DNA of 64,000 nt from Blautia sp. (GTDB lineage: Bacteria > Bacillota > Clostridia > Lachnospirales > Lachnospiraceae), in NCBI GenBank assembly GCA_030841965.1, contig JAUUSJ010000004.1, positions 3,006 through 67,005 of the forward strand. Reading direction: 5' to 3'. The notes under the pieces are model-generated. The model saw only the letters and a program-made list of their open reading frames with translations. It did not search any database and was not told the DNA's origin. Positions 29,674-39,540 of the stretch are shown piece after piece (positions within the stretch are counted from its first letter, which is position 1; each line of letters starts with the position of its first letter). A program made the position numbers and the translations under genes.

Positions 29674-30699
29674 ATGCAAGAAAGGGTTTATGGAGTTGAT
29701 CTTGGCACCAATGTAGTTAAAATCTACTTAAAGGGAAGTCAATCTGTCGTGCAGCAAAAAAATATGATTGCGATGGAAGGCAAAGATAAGATTATTGCGT
29801 ACGGGGAACGTGCGTACGAGATGTACGAGAAAACTCCAAAGAAAATAAACGTAATACAGCCAGTGAAAAATGGAGTTATCGCTGACAGTATTTCGATGGA
29901 AGACATTTTAAATTTGATGATTGCAGAGTACGATAAGAAAGTATCTGCTTTTAGCATGATGAGAAAGGAAGTTTTAATCGCAATTCCGTCTAGTATTTCA
30001 GAGGTGGAAAAGAGAGCTTTTTATGATTTATTGTATAATTGCGGTATAAAGGCCAAGAATATAAAGATGATAGAAAAGCCAGTCGCAGGGGCTGTCGGAG
30101 CCGGTGTCGATATACTAGAGCCAAAGGGAACGATGATTGTGGATGTCGGGGCAGATACAACGGAGATTTCTATTTTATCTCTCGGAGGAATTGTGACGAG
30201 CACGGTTTTAAAAATAGGAGGCAATAAATTTGACGAGGCCATTGTGCAGTATCTCCGAAAAGAAAATCAGCTATTATGTGGGAAAAAAACAGCAGAGAAA
30301 ATTAAGATAGAGCTTGGGAATGCGTTTATGTCTGATGACGAGACGATGATGGATGTAGTCGGAAGGGATGTTATGACAGGGCTTCCAAAGAAGATGACGA
30401 TTTCTTCCCAGACTGTATATAACGCAATTCGTGAGTATTTAAGCACAATTATGGATACGATTAAGTTTATGCTTGAGCAGACACCGCCTGAGTTATCCGC
30501 AGATATTATCAATGACGGTATTTATTTTATCGGTGGAGGCTCAAAGCTTACGAATCTCAATTTGCTGGCACAGCTGGATACAGGGCTTACGATTAATACG
30601 ATGGAAGAGCCGGAGAAAGCGGTGGCGCTCGGACTTGGAAAAATTATGGAAGACGCTAAGTTAAAAGAATTAATTTTGCCGTTTGATGATATAAATTGA
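29674..30699 (+). CDS. mreB: Rod shape-determining actin homologue MreB/Mbl
   Basis: Actin-fold phosphate motifs GVDLGTN and DVGADTTE, plus PVKNGVIAD. It sits upstream of mreC and mreD. Confidence 0.88.
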   Translation: MQERVYGVDLGTNVVKIYLKGSQSVVQQKNMIAMEGKDKIIAYGERAYEMYEKTPKKINVIQPVKNGVIADSISMEDILNLMIAEYDKKVSAFSMMRKEVLIAIPSSISEVEKRAFYDLLYNCGIKAKNIKMIEKPVAGAVGAGVDILEPKGTMIVDVGADTTEISILSLGGIVTSTVLKIGGNKFDEAIVQYLRKENQLLCGKKTAEKIKIELGNAFMSDDETMMDVVGRDVMTGLPKKMTISSQTVYNAIREYLSTIMDTIKFMLEQTPPELSADIINDGIYFIGGGSKLTNLNLLAQLDTGLTINTMEEPEKAVALGLGKIMEDAKLKELILPFDDIN

Positions 30700-30724
30700 T
30701 GAGCTAATATAAGGGAGGCAAAAG

Positions 30725-31741
30725 ATGAATCGAAGAAATCATTTTAAACCATCGAAGAAGCTATGTCTTATTATTGGAACAGTACTTTGTGTTAGTTTAT
30801 TTGCATTAAGTTCAAAATCGGATGGAGCAGTAAAACCGCTGAGAAATTCCGTTTCTTCGACTATGACTCCAGTACAGACTGGTGTGAATCAGATAGGAAA
30901 TTGGTTTATAGACCATATTTCCTTTCTCTCTAATATTGCAAATATAAAAAAAGAGAATGACGAGCTAAGAGAAAAAGTGGAGCAATTGGACGCTAAGGTG
31001 AGTCAGATGGAGAAAGAAGAGACGGAGCTAAAACGTCTTAGAGAGCTTTTGAAGATGAGCGAGGAGTACAGTGAGTATCCATCCGTCGGTGCCAATGTCA
31101 TCGGAAGAGGACCTGGAAACTGGTTTCACACTCTTGTCATTGACAAGGGGGAAGAAGACGGAATAGAGGAGGGAATGAATGTTCTCTCGGGAGATGGTCT
31201 TGTTGGAATTGTTACCGGGGTTCAGAGTAAGAGCGCACAGGTTATGGCAATTATTAATGATGAGAGTAATGTCAGTGCTATGGCGCTAAAGACAGGCGAT
31301 ATTTGTATGGTGAGTGGAAATGAGGAGACAATAGAACAAGGATATATTAGAATTGGAGAACTCGATAAGAATGCAAAGGTAAAAGAGGGAGACAAGATTG
31401 TAACCTCGAATATAAGTTCTAAGTATTTGCCGGGATTGACGATAGGAACCATTAAGGAAATCCAATTAGATGACTCAAAACTGTCTAAGACTGCAAAGCT
31501 TGAGCCAGTTGTAGATTTTAAGAGTTTACAGGAAGTACTGATTATAAAGAAGACAAAATCTGAGTTAAATTCAGAGGGGGGCTCAAAAGAGAGCAGTTCT
31601 AAGACAAGTAGCTCAAAAAGCAGTTCAAAGACAGGGAGCTCGACAAGCAGTTCAAAAGGAAGTAGTTCCACAAAGAGCAGTAGCAGCTCAAACAAAACTG
31701 AGACCCAAAATACGAATACAACAGAGAAAAAGGGAGAGTAA
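30725..31741 (+). CDS. mreC: Rod shape-determining protein MreC with a Ser-rich C-terminal tail
   Basis: TM helix, a coiled coil (ENDELREKVEQLDAKVSQMEKEE), and beta-barrel blocks G..V....GLVG.V. The tail reads SSSKTSSSKSSSKTGSSTSSSKGSSSTKSSSSS. Confidence 0.9.
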   Translation: MNRRNHFKPSKKLCLIIGTVLCVSLFALSSKSDGAVKPLRNSVSSTMTPVQTGVNQIGNWFIDHISFLSNIANIKKENDELREKVEQLDAKVSQMEKEETELKRLRELLKMSEEYSEYPSVGANVIGRGPGNWFHTLVIDKGEEDGIEEGMNVLSGDGLVGIVTGVQSKSAQVMAIINDESNVSAMALKTGDICMVSGNEETIEQGYIRIGELDKNAKVKEGDKIVTSNISSKYLPGLTIGTIKEIQLDDSKLSKTAKLEPVVDFKSLQEVLIIKKTKSELNSEGGSKESSSKTSSSKSSSKTGSSTSSSKGSSSTKSSSSSNKTETQNTNTTEKKGE

Positions 31742-31743
31742 GT

Positions 31744-32283
31744 ATGAAAGATGAGGCAAAAAAGATAGGTATCATAGGAGTATTGATTATTATTAGCTTT
31801 CTGCTTCAGACGTCTATATTTCCGTTTTTTCCTTTCTTTGGAGCGGTTCCCAATATTATTCTTTTATTGGTCGTCTCAATTGCTGTCATAAATGGAAGTA
31901 TACCAGCCATGCTTGCAGGGTTCCTATGTGGACTTCTCATAGACCTTATGTACGGAGGAGCATTGGGAGTCTATGCTTTTTTCTATATGTTTTTGGGATA
32001 TATAAATGGATATTTTCATGTACTATTTTTTGCGGAGGCAAGTTTTTTGCCTCTCATCCTCGTATTTGTGAATGATTGCATTTATCATATTTTGACATAT
32101 TTGATATTTTTCCTGCCGCAAAGAAAATGGAATTTTTTCTTCTATTTAAGAAAAAATATTTTACCAGAATTAATTTATACAGTGATAATTTCACTTATTA
32201 TGTACCAGATAGTTTTTAGAATTTATCAATGGATAACGAGAAAAAAGAAGAAGAGGAGGTCACCGCATGTTTTCAAAGTTTAG
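31744..32283 (+). CDS. mreD: Rod shape-determining protein MreD
   Basis: 179-aa polytopic membrane protein in the canonical position after mreC. Confidence 0.8.
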   Translation: MKDEAKKIGIIGVLIIISFLLQTSIFPFFPFFGAVPNIILLLVVSIAVINGSIPAMLAGFLCGLLIDLMYGGALGVYAFFYMFLGYINGYFHVLFFAEASFLPLILVFVNDCIYHILTYLIFFLPQRKWNFFFYLRKNILPELIYTVIISLIMYQIVFRIYQWITRKKKKRRSPHVFKV

Positions 32284-35158
32284 AAAATCCGTAAGCAATT
32301 TATTAGAAAATAGGATGGCAGTTTTAACTTTTGCATGTGCACTTCTTTTTTTGGCACTTATCTATCGTTTGTTTGTTTTGCAGATTGTAGAGGGGGAATT
32401 TCATGCTTCACAGTTTACGAATAAGACAAAAAAAGAGATTGTAGTAAATGGAACGCGAGGAAGTATATACGACGCTAACGGAAAGACCCTCGCCTATGAT
32501 AAATTATCTTATACGGTGTATTTTGAGAATACCGATAAGTTTGCAGAGTTGGCAGAGCAAAATAATACCTCGGAGAACGAGGAGAAGAATAAGGTCATTT
32601 ATCGCTTGATAAAAAAGTTAGAGAAGAATAAAGACGAGATTATAACAGAACTTCCTATCGAGATGAAGGATGACGGAACACTTAAGTTCACAGTGAGCGG
32701 CTCGAGAAAAAAGCAATTTTTAAAAGAGGTATATGGATTATCGGATTATGAAAGTCTAAGTGGCTCGGATAAAAAGAAGGCAGATAAATTATTAAAGAGC
32801 AGTGCGCAGGATGTATTTCAATTTTTAAGAACTGGGGAGGGAGGATATAATAGTTATTCGGGAATGTTCCAAATTAGCGAAGATTACTCCAAAAAAGAGG
32901 CATTAAAGATTATGAATATTCGCTATATGCTTTATCTAAACCGTTTTTCCCAGTCCAATCCGATAAAGATAGCATCCAATATCAGTGAGGAATCTTTAGT
33001 AGAAATTCAGGAAGATGAGACAAATTTTACAGGAATTAGTATTAAAACGGATTCGATTAGAGTATATAATGATAGTAAGTATTTTTCTCATATTATAGGA
33101 TATACTGGCGCTATCTCTGATTCTGAGCTTGAGGAGGAGAATGAAAAGGAGACAGTCTACGATGCCAATGACACAATCGGAAAGACTGGCTTAGAAAAGT
33201 CTATGGAATCTTATTTAAGAGGAACAAAGGGAAAGCAAGAGGCCTATATTGACAGCATGGGAAAAGTGCTTCAAGTAACACAAAAGACAAAGGCAGAGGC
33301 GGGAAATGATATTTACTTGACGATTGACGCTGATTTACAAAAATACTGTTATGATACGCTAGAGCGCAGATTGGCTGGAATTATACTCGAGAAGTTGACA
33401 GAGAGAACAAGGGCAGATTTAGATGCAAGTGGAGATATTATGATTTCTATTGAGGATGTATATAATGCCTTTTTTGAGAATAATGTACTAGATATCGATG
33501 AGATTTCCTCCAAGAAAGCGTCCAAGACGGAGAAAGAAGTGGCGGCTTTGTTAGAAGATAAGAAATCTCGAGTAATATCCTTTATTACGAACCAGTTGCA
33601 AAATGATAGCACAGTTCAAGGAGAGCTTGAGGGTTCTAAGAAAGAATATATGCAGTATGTATATGATTTCTTGGCGGAAGACGGAATTATCGATAAAACA
33701 TTAATTGATACAGAGGATGAAAATTACAAGAAATGGCGCGAGGAGAGGAAATCTTTACAGTATTTTTTGAAATATGCGATTAATAAAGAGTGGATTGATA
33801 TCTCCGCTTTGGATTTAGATGGCAATTATTATAGTACAAATGAGATATATGAGGCGTTAGTAGATTATATAAGAGAAGAATTAAAAGATAGGACAGACTT
33901 TGACAAACTTTTATATAAGGCTATGATACAATCAAGTGAGTTATCAGGGAGAAAAATCTGTTCCTTGCTATTGGAGCAGGGAGTTGTAGAGAGAGATAGT
34001 GATTATGAGGATTTAGAGTCAGGCTCTATCGGGGCGTACAGCTATATCTCAGAGAAGATTAAAAAAATGGAGATAAAGCCAGACCAGCTTGCCTTAGACC
34101 CATGTTCGGGTTCTGTCGTAGTGACAGATACAGATACTGGAAATGTACTGGCATTGGTAACATATCCAAGTTATAATAATAATAAGCTGGCAAACCATAT
34201 TGATTCAAAATATTATGAATCTTTACTTGAAAATCAGACAAAACCATTGTATAATAGAGCAACTCAAGAGAAAAAAGCACCTGGCTCTACGTTTAAGCTG
34301 CTCACTAGTATCGCAGCGCTGCAAGAGAATATCATTAACGGGAAGACAAAGTTTGAGACGAAGGGTATTTTTAAGAAAGTAACTCCGTACTCAAAATGCT
34401 GGATTTATCCAGAAAATCACGGGACAATCAATGTCTCTAAGGCAATCGGAGTTTCCTGTAACTATTTCTTTTATAATGTAGGCTATAAAATGTCTACACA
34501 AGATGGAAAGTATCAGCCGAAAAAGGGAGTAAATTTACTTCACAAATATGCGGCGATGTTTGGATTTGATGAAAACTCAGGAATAGAAATTCCAGAGGCG
34601 ACTCCAAATATAGCGACTGAAGACCCAATTCGTGCGGCCATTGGACAAAGTAATAATGCCTTTACAGCGACACAGATTTCTAGATATGTGACAGCTGTCG
34701 CCAATAAAGGTGATTTATATAGTCTGACCTTGATAGATAAGATAAAGGATAATAAAGGCGAGACTATTCAGAAAAATAACAAAGAGGAGAGAAAGACAGA
34801 ATTAGATATTAAAGATTCAGCTTGGAATTTAGTTCACAATGGCATGTATCAAGTGACACATTCAGAGGATAGCTCCGTTCATAATTTATATGGAAATTTC
34901 AAGATAAAGGTATCGGGAAAAACTGGTACGGCACAGGAGGATAAAAAGAGAGCAAATCACTCACTCTTTGTGTCTTTTGCTCCATCGAATAAGCCGGAAG
35001 TATCGATTACAACAGTGATACCATACGGTTATACATCTTCTTATGCGGCAGAGACAACAAAAGACTTTTATAAATATTATTTTAATTTGCTTACTTCAAA
35101 AGAAAAGAAGAGTAAAAATGCGTTATCACCAACGAGCGGCACGATATCTGCCGATTAA
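32267..35158 (+). CDS. mrdA: Penicillin-binding protein 2 (elongasome transpeptidase) with a large internal insertion
   Basis: TM helix, with motifs STFK (SxxK), SCN (SxN) and KTGTAQ (KTG). 963 aa, in the mreBCD-mrdA context. Confidence 0.9.
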   Translation: MFSKFRKSVSNLLENRMAVLTFACALLFLALIYRLFVLQIVEGEFHASQFTNKTKKEIVVNGTRGSIYDANGKTLAYDKLSYTVYFENTDKFAELAEQNNTSENEEKNKVIYRLIKKLEKNKDEIITELPIEMKDDGTLKFTVSGSRKKQFLKEVYGLSDYESLSGSDKKKADKLLKSSAQDVFQFLRTGEGGYNSYSGMFQISEDYSKKEALKIMNIRYMLYLNRFSQSNPIKIASNISEESLVEIQEDETNFTGISIKTDSIRVYNDSKYFSHIIGYTGAISDSELEEENEKETVYDANDTIGKTGLEKSMESYLRGTKGKQEAYIDSMGKVLQVTQKTKAEAGNDIYLTIDADLQKYCYDTLERRLAGIILEKLTERTRADLDASGDIMISIEDVYNAFFENNVLDIDEISSKKASKTEKEVAALLEDKKSRVISFITNQLQNDSTVQGELEGSKKEYMQYVYDFLAEDGIIDKTLIDTEDENYKKWREERKSLQYFLKYAINKEWIDISALDLDGNYYSTNEIYEALVDYIREELKDRTDFDKLLYKAMIQSSELSGRKICSLLLEQGVVERDSDYEDLESGSIGAYSYISEKIKKMEIKPDQLALDPCSGSVVVTDTDTGNVLALVTYPSYNNNKLANHIDSKYYESLLENQTKPLYNRATQEKKAPGSTFKLLTSIAALQENIINGKTKFETKGIFKKVTPYSKCWIYPENHGTINVSKAIGVSCNYFFYNVGYKMSTQDGKYQPKKGVNLLHKYAAMFGFDENSGIEIPEATPNIATEDPIRAAIGQSNNAFTATQISRYVTAVANKGDLYSLTLIDKIKDNKGETIQKNNKEERKTELDIKDSAWNLVHNGMYQVTHSEDSSVHNLYGNFKIKVSGKTGTAQEDKKRANHSLFVSFAPSNKPEVSITTVIPYGYTSSYAAETTKDFYKYYFNLLTSKEKKSKNALSPTSGTISAD

Positions 35159-35193
35159 GACTCAAAAATTTCATAGTAGTAAGAGGTGAAGTC

Positions 35194-35898
35194 ATGGGTA
35201 GTCCGGTTATTATTAAGGGGAACAAATATGGATTTGTACTTGTACTGGATGAACAATTAGATTTTATTTTACTAAGAAGAGAAATTGCGGCAAAGTTCAG
35301 AGAGTCCAATCGATTTTTTAACGCAAGTAGTCAGGTTACGATTCAATTTGAGGGTCGGAAACTATCGAATGAGGAAAAAGGGTTAGTCATAGAGACAATA
35401 AAGGAGACGACGAATCTAAATATCTCCTATATTGTGGAGGATGAAAAAAAACAGGAGACCTATTTGAGTACTCAGATAAAAGAGACAAAAAAAGAAATAC
35501 AAAAAGTATCTTCTATGGAATTGCCTGCCTGGAAGAACCATTTTTATCGGGGCAATTTGACGGCAGGACAATCCATAGAGGTGAAGGGGAATATCACCTT
35601 ATTAGGGGATATCAAAAAGGGGGCATCTGTGAGCGCAAGGGGGAATATTCTTGTTATTGGACAAGTAGAGGGGGTAGTCTTTGCGGGCTATCCAAATCAT
35701 AGTCAATGTTTTGTTATGGCGCTTAATTTAAATCCCTCGCAGCTTCGCATAGGGAAGATACATTTATATGAAAAAAAGAGAAAAATTCCGAAGAAGGCAC
35801 CAAGCGATGACAATCAAATAAAACCACAATTTGCTTTTGTAGAGAAAGGCTCTATTCGCATGGAGTTATTAGAAAAGACATCCAGATATCATATATAA
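35194..35898 (+). CDS. minC: Septum site-determining protein MinC
   Basis: 234 aa. The C-terminal beta-helix repeats (GNITLLGDIKKGASVSARGNILVIGQVEG) are typical of MinC. It lies upstream of minD. Confidence 0.85.
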   Translation: MGSPVIIKGNKYGFVLVLDEQLDFILLRREIAAKFRESNRFFNASSQVTIQFEGRKLSNEEKGLVIETIKETTNLNISYIVEDEKKQETYLSTQIKETKKEIQKVSSMELPAWKNHFYRGNLTAGQSIEVKGNITLLGDIKKGASVSARGNILVIGQVEGVVFAGYPNHSQCFVMALNLNPSQLRIGKIHLYEKKRKIPKKAPSDDNQIKPQFAFVEKGSIRMELLEKTSRYHI

Positions 35899-35998
35899 GA
35901 GAGGACAAAGTTATTTCTTATAAGTTTATGAGCGAGGAAGAGTTGCAAATCGTAAAATAAGAATTTTATAGTAGAAAGGCAGTATTGGAGGAATAAAA

Positions 35999-36790
35999 AT
36001 GAGTGAGGTCATTGTAATTACATCTGGTAAGGGTGGCGTTGGAAAGACAACTACTACAGCCAATATAGGGGCTGGACTTGCAAAAATGGGAAAAAAGGTT
36101 GTTTTAGTCGATACAGATATCGGGCTTCGCAATTTGGATGTAGTCATGGGATTGGAAAATCGCATCGTCTATAATTTGGTAGATGTCGTGGAGAGCAATT
36201 GCCGTATGAGACAGGCGCTGATAAAGGATAAGAGATATCCAAATCTCTCCCTCATGCCGTCTGCTCAGACGAGGGATAAGACCGCAGTTACCCCGGAGCA
36301 GATGAAGAAATTAATCGAGGAGCTGAAAGAGGAATTTGAATATATTATACTGGATTGTCCAGCGGGAATCGAGAGAGGATTTCAAAATGCGATCGCTGGA
36401 GCCACATCCGCCATTATCGTCACGACACCGGAAGTTTCGGCCATCCGAGATGCGGACCGAATTATCGGCCTGTTGGAGGCAAGTGAGATAAAGGATATAT
36501 CCCTTATTGTAAATAAAATTCGAGTGAATATGGTAAAAAGAGGAGATATGATGTCGGTGGAGGATGTTCTTGATATTTTGGCGATAGATTTATTGGGAAT
36601 TGTTCCAGATGACGAGAATATTGTAGTTGCGTCCAACGAAGGTGAGCCGCTAGTTGGTTCCTACTCAAAGGCTGGGACAGCCTATATGAATATATGTGGA
36701 AGAATTTTAGGAGAGGATATTCCATTTCTGGATTTAGAGAGGGAAAATCTTTTGTACCGAGTGAGAAGACTTTTCAAAAAAGAGTATTAG
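35999..36790 (+). CDS. minD: Septum site-determining ATPase MinD
   Basis: Deviant Walker A SGKGGVGKTT and a C-terminal amphipathic helix RVRRLFKK. Confidence 0.95.
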   Translation: MSEVIVITSGKGGVGKTTTTANIGAGLAKMGKKVVLVDTDIGLRNLDVVMGLENRIVYNLVDVVESNCRMRQALIKDKRYPNLSLMPSAQTRDKTAVTPEQMKKLIEELKEEFEYIILDCPAGIERGFQNAIAGATSAIIVTTPEVSAIRDADRIIGLLEASEIKDISLIVNKIRVNMVKRGDMMSVEDVLDILAIDLLGIVPDDENIVVASNEGEPLVGSYSKAGTAYMNICGRILGEDIPFLDLERENLLYRVRRLFKKEY

Positions 36791-36804
36791 AAGGACATTG
36801 CGAT

Positions 36805-37956
36805 ATGAGGAAAAATAATAGTAAAATCCAAAAGAATTTAAGAAGATATATCGATGTCAAAAGATATAATTGGGAAAATTATAATTTGTTTTTAGCCATC
36901 ATTGTATTTGCCATATGTTGTTTTGGGGTGATATGTATTCACTGTGCAGACAGCAGCTTTACCGGAAAGCAGATTTTAGGATTAATTGTGGGAACGATTT
37001 TGATGATTATCCTTTCTTTTATCGATTACCATAAAATATGTGACTGGTACTGGGCAATCTACGGATTATTAAATCTTTTATTAGTGATGGTATTGATCAT
37101 TGGAAAGGAAGTAAATGGCTCCAAGAGATGGATAGATTTAAAGGTGATTACCTTTCAGCCGTCTGAGTTTGCCAAAATATTAATTATTTTATTCGTGGCG
37201 TCTTATATAGATGCCCACCGAAGAGAGATTGGCGAGCTATCTATGTGGATAAAATTATTTTTGTTTTGCGCTGTCCCAATCATACTTATTGTGACAGAAC
37301 CAGATTTGTCCACAACGATTGATATTGTTTGTATTTTGACGGCTATGATATTTGTGGGAGGAATTAGTCTGAAGTTTATTCGCAATACATTGCTTATTAT
37401 TATTCCAGTTATGGGAGCGGCCTTTTGGTATATACAAACTCCAGGGCAGAAATTATTAAAGCCGTATCAGCTGACGAGGGTGATGACATTTTTACATCCG
37501 CAAAATTATGTAGATAGCTCTGGTTATCAGCAAAATAATTCGATTATGGCGATTGGTTCTGGAAGATTATTTGGAAAAGGTTTATTTGGCAGCTCTGATA
37601 TAAAGGGAAGCAGTACCGGGTTGATTTCCGAGCAGCAGACAGATTTTATTTTCTCAGTGGTGGGAGAATCCGTAGGTTTTATTGGCAGTGTTATTGTTAT
37701 TGCATTTTTAGCCTTAATAGTGTTACAATGTATAGTAGTGGCAAGAAGAGCGAGAGATATCTCTGGGAAATTGATTGCGACAGGGATGGCTGCGCTTGTA
37801 TGTTTTCAGTCGTTTATTAATATCGGTGTTGCCACTGCGTTATTGCCAAATACGGGGCTGCCGTTGCCGTTTTTGAGCTACGGGTTGACCTCGTTAATCA
37901 GTAACATGATGGGGATAGGTGTAGTGTTAAATATTAGTTTGCAAAGAAGACGTTAG
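36805..37956 (+). CDS. rodA: SEDS-family peptidoglycan polymerase (RodA/FtsW)
   Basis: I chose the start at MRKNNSK (AGAAGGA upstream). It is a roughly 10-TM protein with SEFAK and TDFIFS SEDS blocks. Confidence 0.88.
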   Translation: MRKNNSKIQKNLRRYIDVKRYNWENYNLFLAIIVFAICCFGVICIHCADSSFTGKQILGLIVGTILMIILSFIDYHKICDWYWAIYGLLNLLLVMVLIIGKEVNGSKRWIDLKVITFQPSEFAKILIILFVASYIDAHRREIGELSMWIKLFLFCAVPIILIVTEPDLSTTIDIVCILTAMIFVGGISLKFIRNTLLIIIPVMGAAFWYIQTPGQKLLKPYQLTRVMTFLHPQNYVDSSGYQQNNSIMAIGSGRLFGKGLFGSSDIKGSSTGLISEQQTDFIFSVVGESVGFIGSVIVIAFLALIVLQCIVVARRARDISGKLIATGMAALVCFQSFINIGVATALLPNTGLPLPFLSYGLTSLISNMMGIGVVLNISLQRRR

Positions 37957-37966
37957 GAGGAAGAAA

Positions 37967-38362
37967 ATGACAATAGGTTTAATCGCACACGATGCAAAGA
38001 AGAAATTAATGCAAAATTTTTGTATTGCGTACAGGGGTATTTTGAATAAGCACACACTTTGTGCTACTGCAACGACAGGAAGATTAATTGAGGAAGTAAC
38101 CAATTTAGATGTACATAAATACTTGGCTGGTCATCTAGGTGGACAGCAGCAGCTTGCATCTGAAATTGAAAATAACTTGATTGATATGGTAATTTTCTTA
38201 AGAGACCCTCAGAAACCAAAAAAACATGAGCCAGATATTTTTAATATTCTTCGTCTATGTGATGTTCACAATATTCCAGTTGCGACAAACTTAGCAACAG
38301 CGGAGCTACTTGTGAAGGCGTTAGATAGAGGAGATTTGGGCTGGAGAGAGATGTATAAATAA
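37967..38362 (+). CDS. mgsA: Methylglyoxal synthase
   Basis: 131 aa. IALIAHDAKK-like N-terminus (IGLIAHDAKKK) and ATGTTG-like ATATTG. Confidence 0.93.
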   Translation: MTIGLIAHDAKKKLMQNFCIAYRGILNKHTLCATATTGRLIEEVTNLDVHKYLAGHLGGQQQLASEIENNLIDMVIFLRDPQKPKKHEPDIFNILRLCDVHNIPVATNLATAELLVKALDRGDLGWREMYK

Positions 38363-38373
38363 GGAATTTTAAC

Positions 38374-39375
38374 ATGAAGAAAAAGATAGTATATTTAATG
38401 ATGGGAGTATTATTATCCTCGTTTTCTCTGACGGGATGTGATTCCTCTTTATCGTCTTTATCCTCAGTGACCTCTTTTTTTACGTATGATGATGCGTATG
38501 AGACTGTGTATGAGGAAGATGATTCATTACAATACGGAAGTAAAGTAAACGGTATGGCGAAGGACTTAGTCGTAATATCGAAGGACGAGCAGACAGATAA
38601 AAAATACAAAAGAAAAGACTTGCACGGAGCCCTCTGTATCGATTTAGATACAGAGGAGGTCTTGCAAAAATATAAAGCATTTAAAAAGGTATATCCAGCA
38701 AGTATTACAAAAGTCATGACAGCGATAGTCGTCTTAGAGAATGCAGATTTGGACGATGTCGTGACCGTAGATGAGAATATTTCATTTAAGGAAGATGACG
38801 CGGTAAAGCTTGGATTAAAGAAGGGGTATAAGGCGACGGTGGACCAATTGCTTAACGCTTTGTTGGTACACTCGACCAATGATGCGGCGATTGTTTTGGC
38901 AAAACATGTGGCGGGCTCCGAGGAGGCGTTTGTCGATATGATGAATGAGGAGGCAAAAAAGCTTGGGGCGACAGGGACACATTTTTCTAATTCTCATGGT
39001 TTACATGAAAAAGACCATTATACAACCCCGTATGACCTTTATCTGATTTTTAGAAAGGCATGTACTTATGATAAGTTTATAGAGGTAGTCAGTCAATCGG
39101 AATGTGAGTTTGTCTATGAGGATGCAGACGGAGACGAGAGGGTATTGGATATGGAAAGCTCCAATCAATATCTGACGGGAGAGAGAGAGCTTCCAGAAGG
39201 AGTTAAGATGATTGGAGGAAAGACAGGTACGACAGATGCGGCAGGCTCTTGTCTTATTGTCCTCACGAAGAATGAAGATGAGGATGAACTGATAACTGTC
39301 GTGCTCGGTGCAGACGATAAAGATGACCTATACCGTGATATGTCAGAATTAATATCAAAAACGAGCAAAAAATAG
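38374..39375 (+). CDS. Serine-type D-Ala-D-Ala carboxypeptidase (S11 family) lipoprotein
   Basis: Lipobox LTGC, and active-site motifs ASITK, SxN (HSTND) and KTGTT. Confidence 0.88.
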   Translation: MKKKIVYLMMGVLLSSFSLTGCDSSLSSLSSVTSFFTYDDAYETVYEEDDSLQYGSKVNGMAKDLVVISKDEQTDKKYKRKDLHGALCIDLDTEEVLQKYKAFKKVYPASITKVMTAIVVLENADLDDVVTVDENISFKEDDAVKLGLKKGYKATVDQLLNALLVHSTNDAAIVLAKHVAGSEEAFVDMMNEEAKKLGATGTHFSNSHGLHEKDHYTTPYDLYLIFRKACTYDKFIEVVSQSECEFVYEDADGDERVLDMESSNQYLTGERELPEGVKMIGGKTGTTDAAGSCLIVLTKNEDEDELITVVLGADDKDDLYRDMSELISKTSKK

Positions 39376-39404
39376 TTGTTATTTTAGTCAAAATACACTA
39401 TAAT
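39376..39404 (+). promoter_or_regulatory. Sigma-A-type promoter preceding a ~130-nt structured leader
   Basis: TTGTTA (39376-81), a 17-nt spacer, and TATAAT (39399-404). Confidence 0.5.
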
Positions 39405-39540
39405 AATAAAGTAAGAGGTGACCTCTCAGATAGCGAGGAGGATGGCTCCTTGAAGCTAAGAGGAGAACTGGAAATCCCCGTTTTTACCTGGGGATGTCAA
39501 GACCGATATGACATATGAGAACAATAAGGAGGACAACTGT

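Noticed and set aside
31222-31695. 157-aa minus-strand ORF inside mreC; similar shadows at 43212..43481 (sepF), 50904..51368 and 51355..51882 (ftsK), 53607..54098 (fhs), 10290..10736 and 11176..11538 (aminopeptidase), and 38241..38879 (mgsA/dac)
   Set aside because: All are antisense shadow ORFs within genes that have clear family motifs. Their composition is low-complexity or mirror-image, and none has a ribosome-binding site.
39430-39475. Fluoride (crcB) riboswitch-like words GGAGGATGGCTCC ... GCTAAG in the 39.4-kb leader
   Set aside because: The resemblance is partial. The conserved 3' pseudoknot segment is not present as I recall it, and the downstream gene is not a fluoride transporter.
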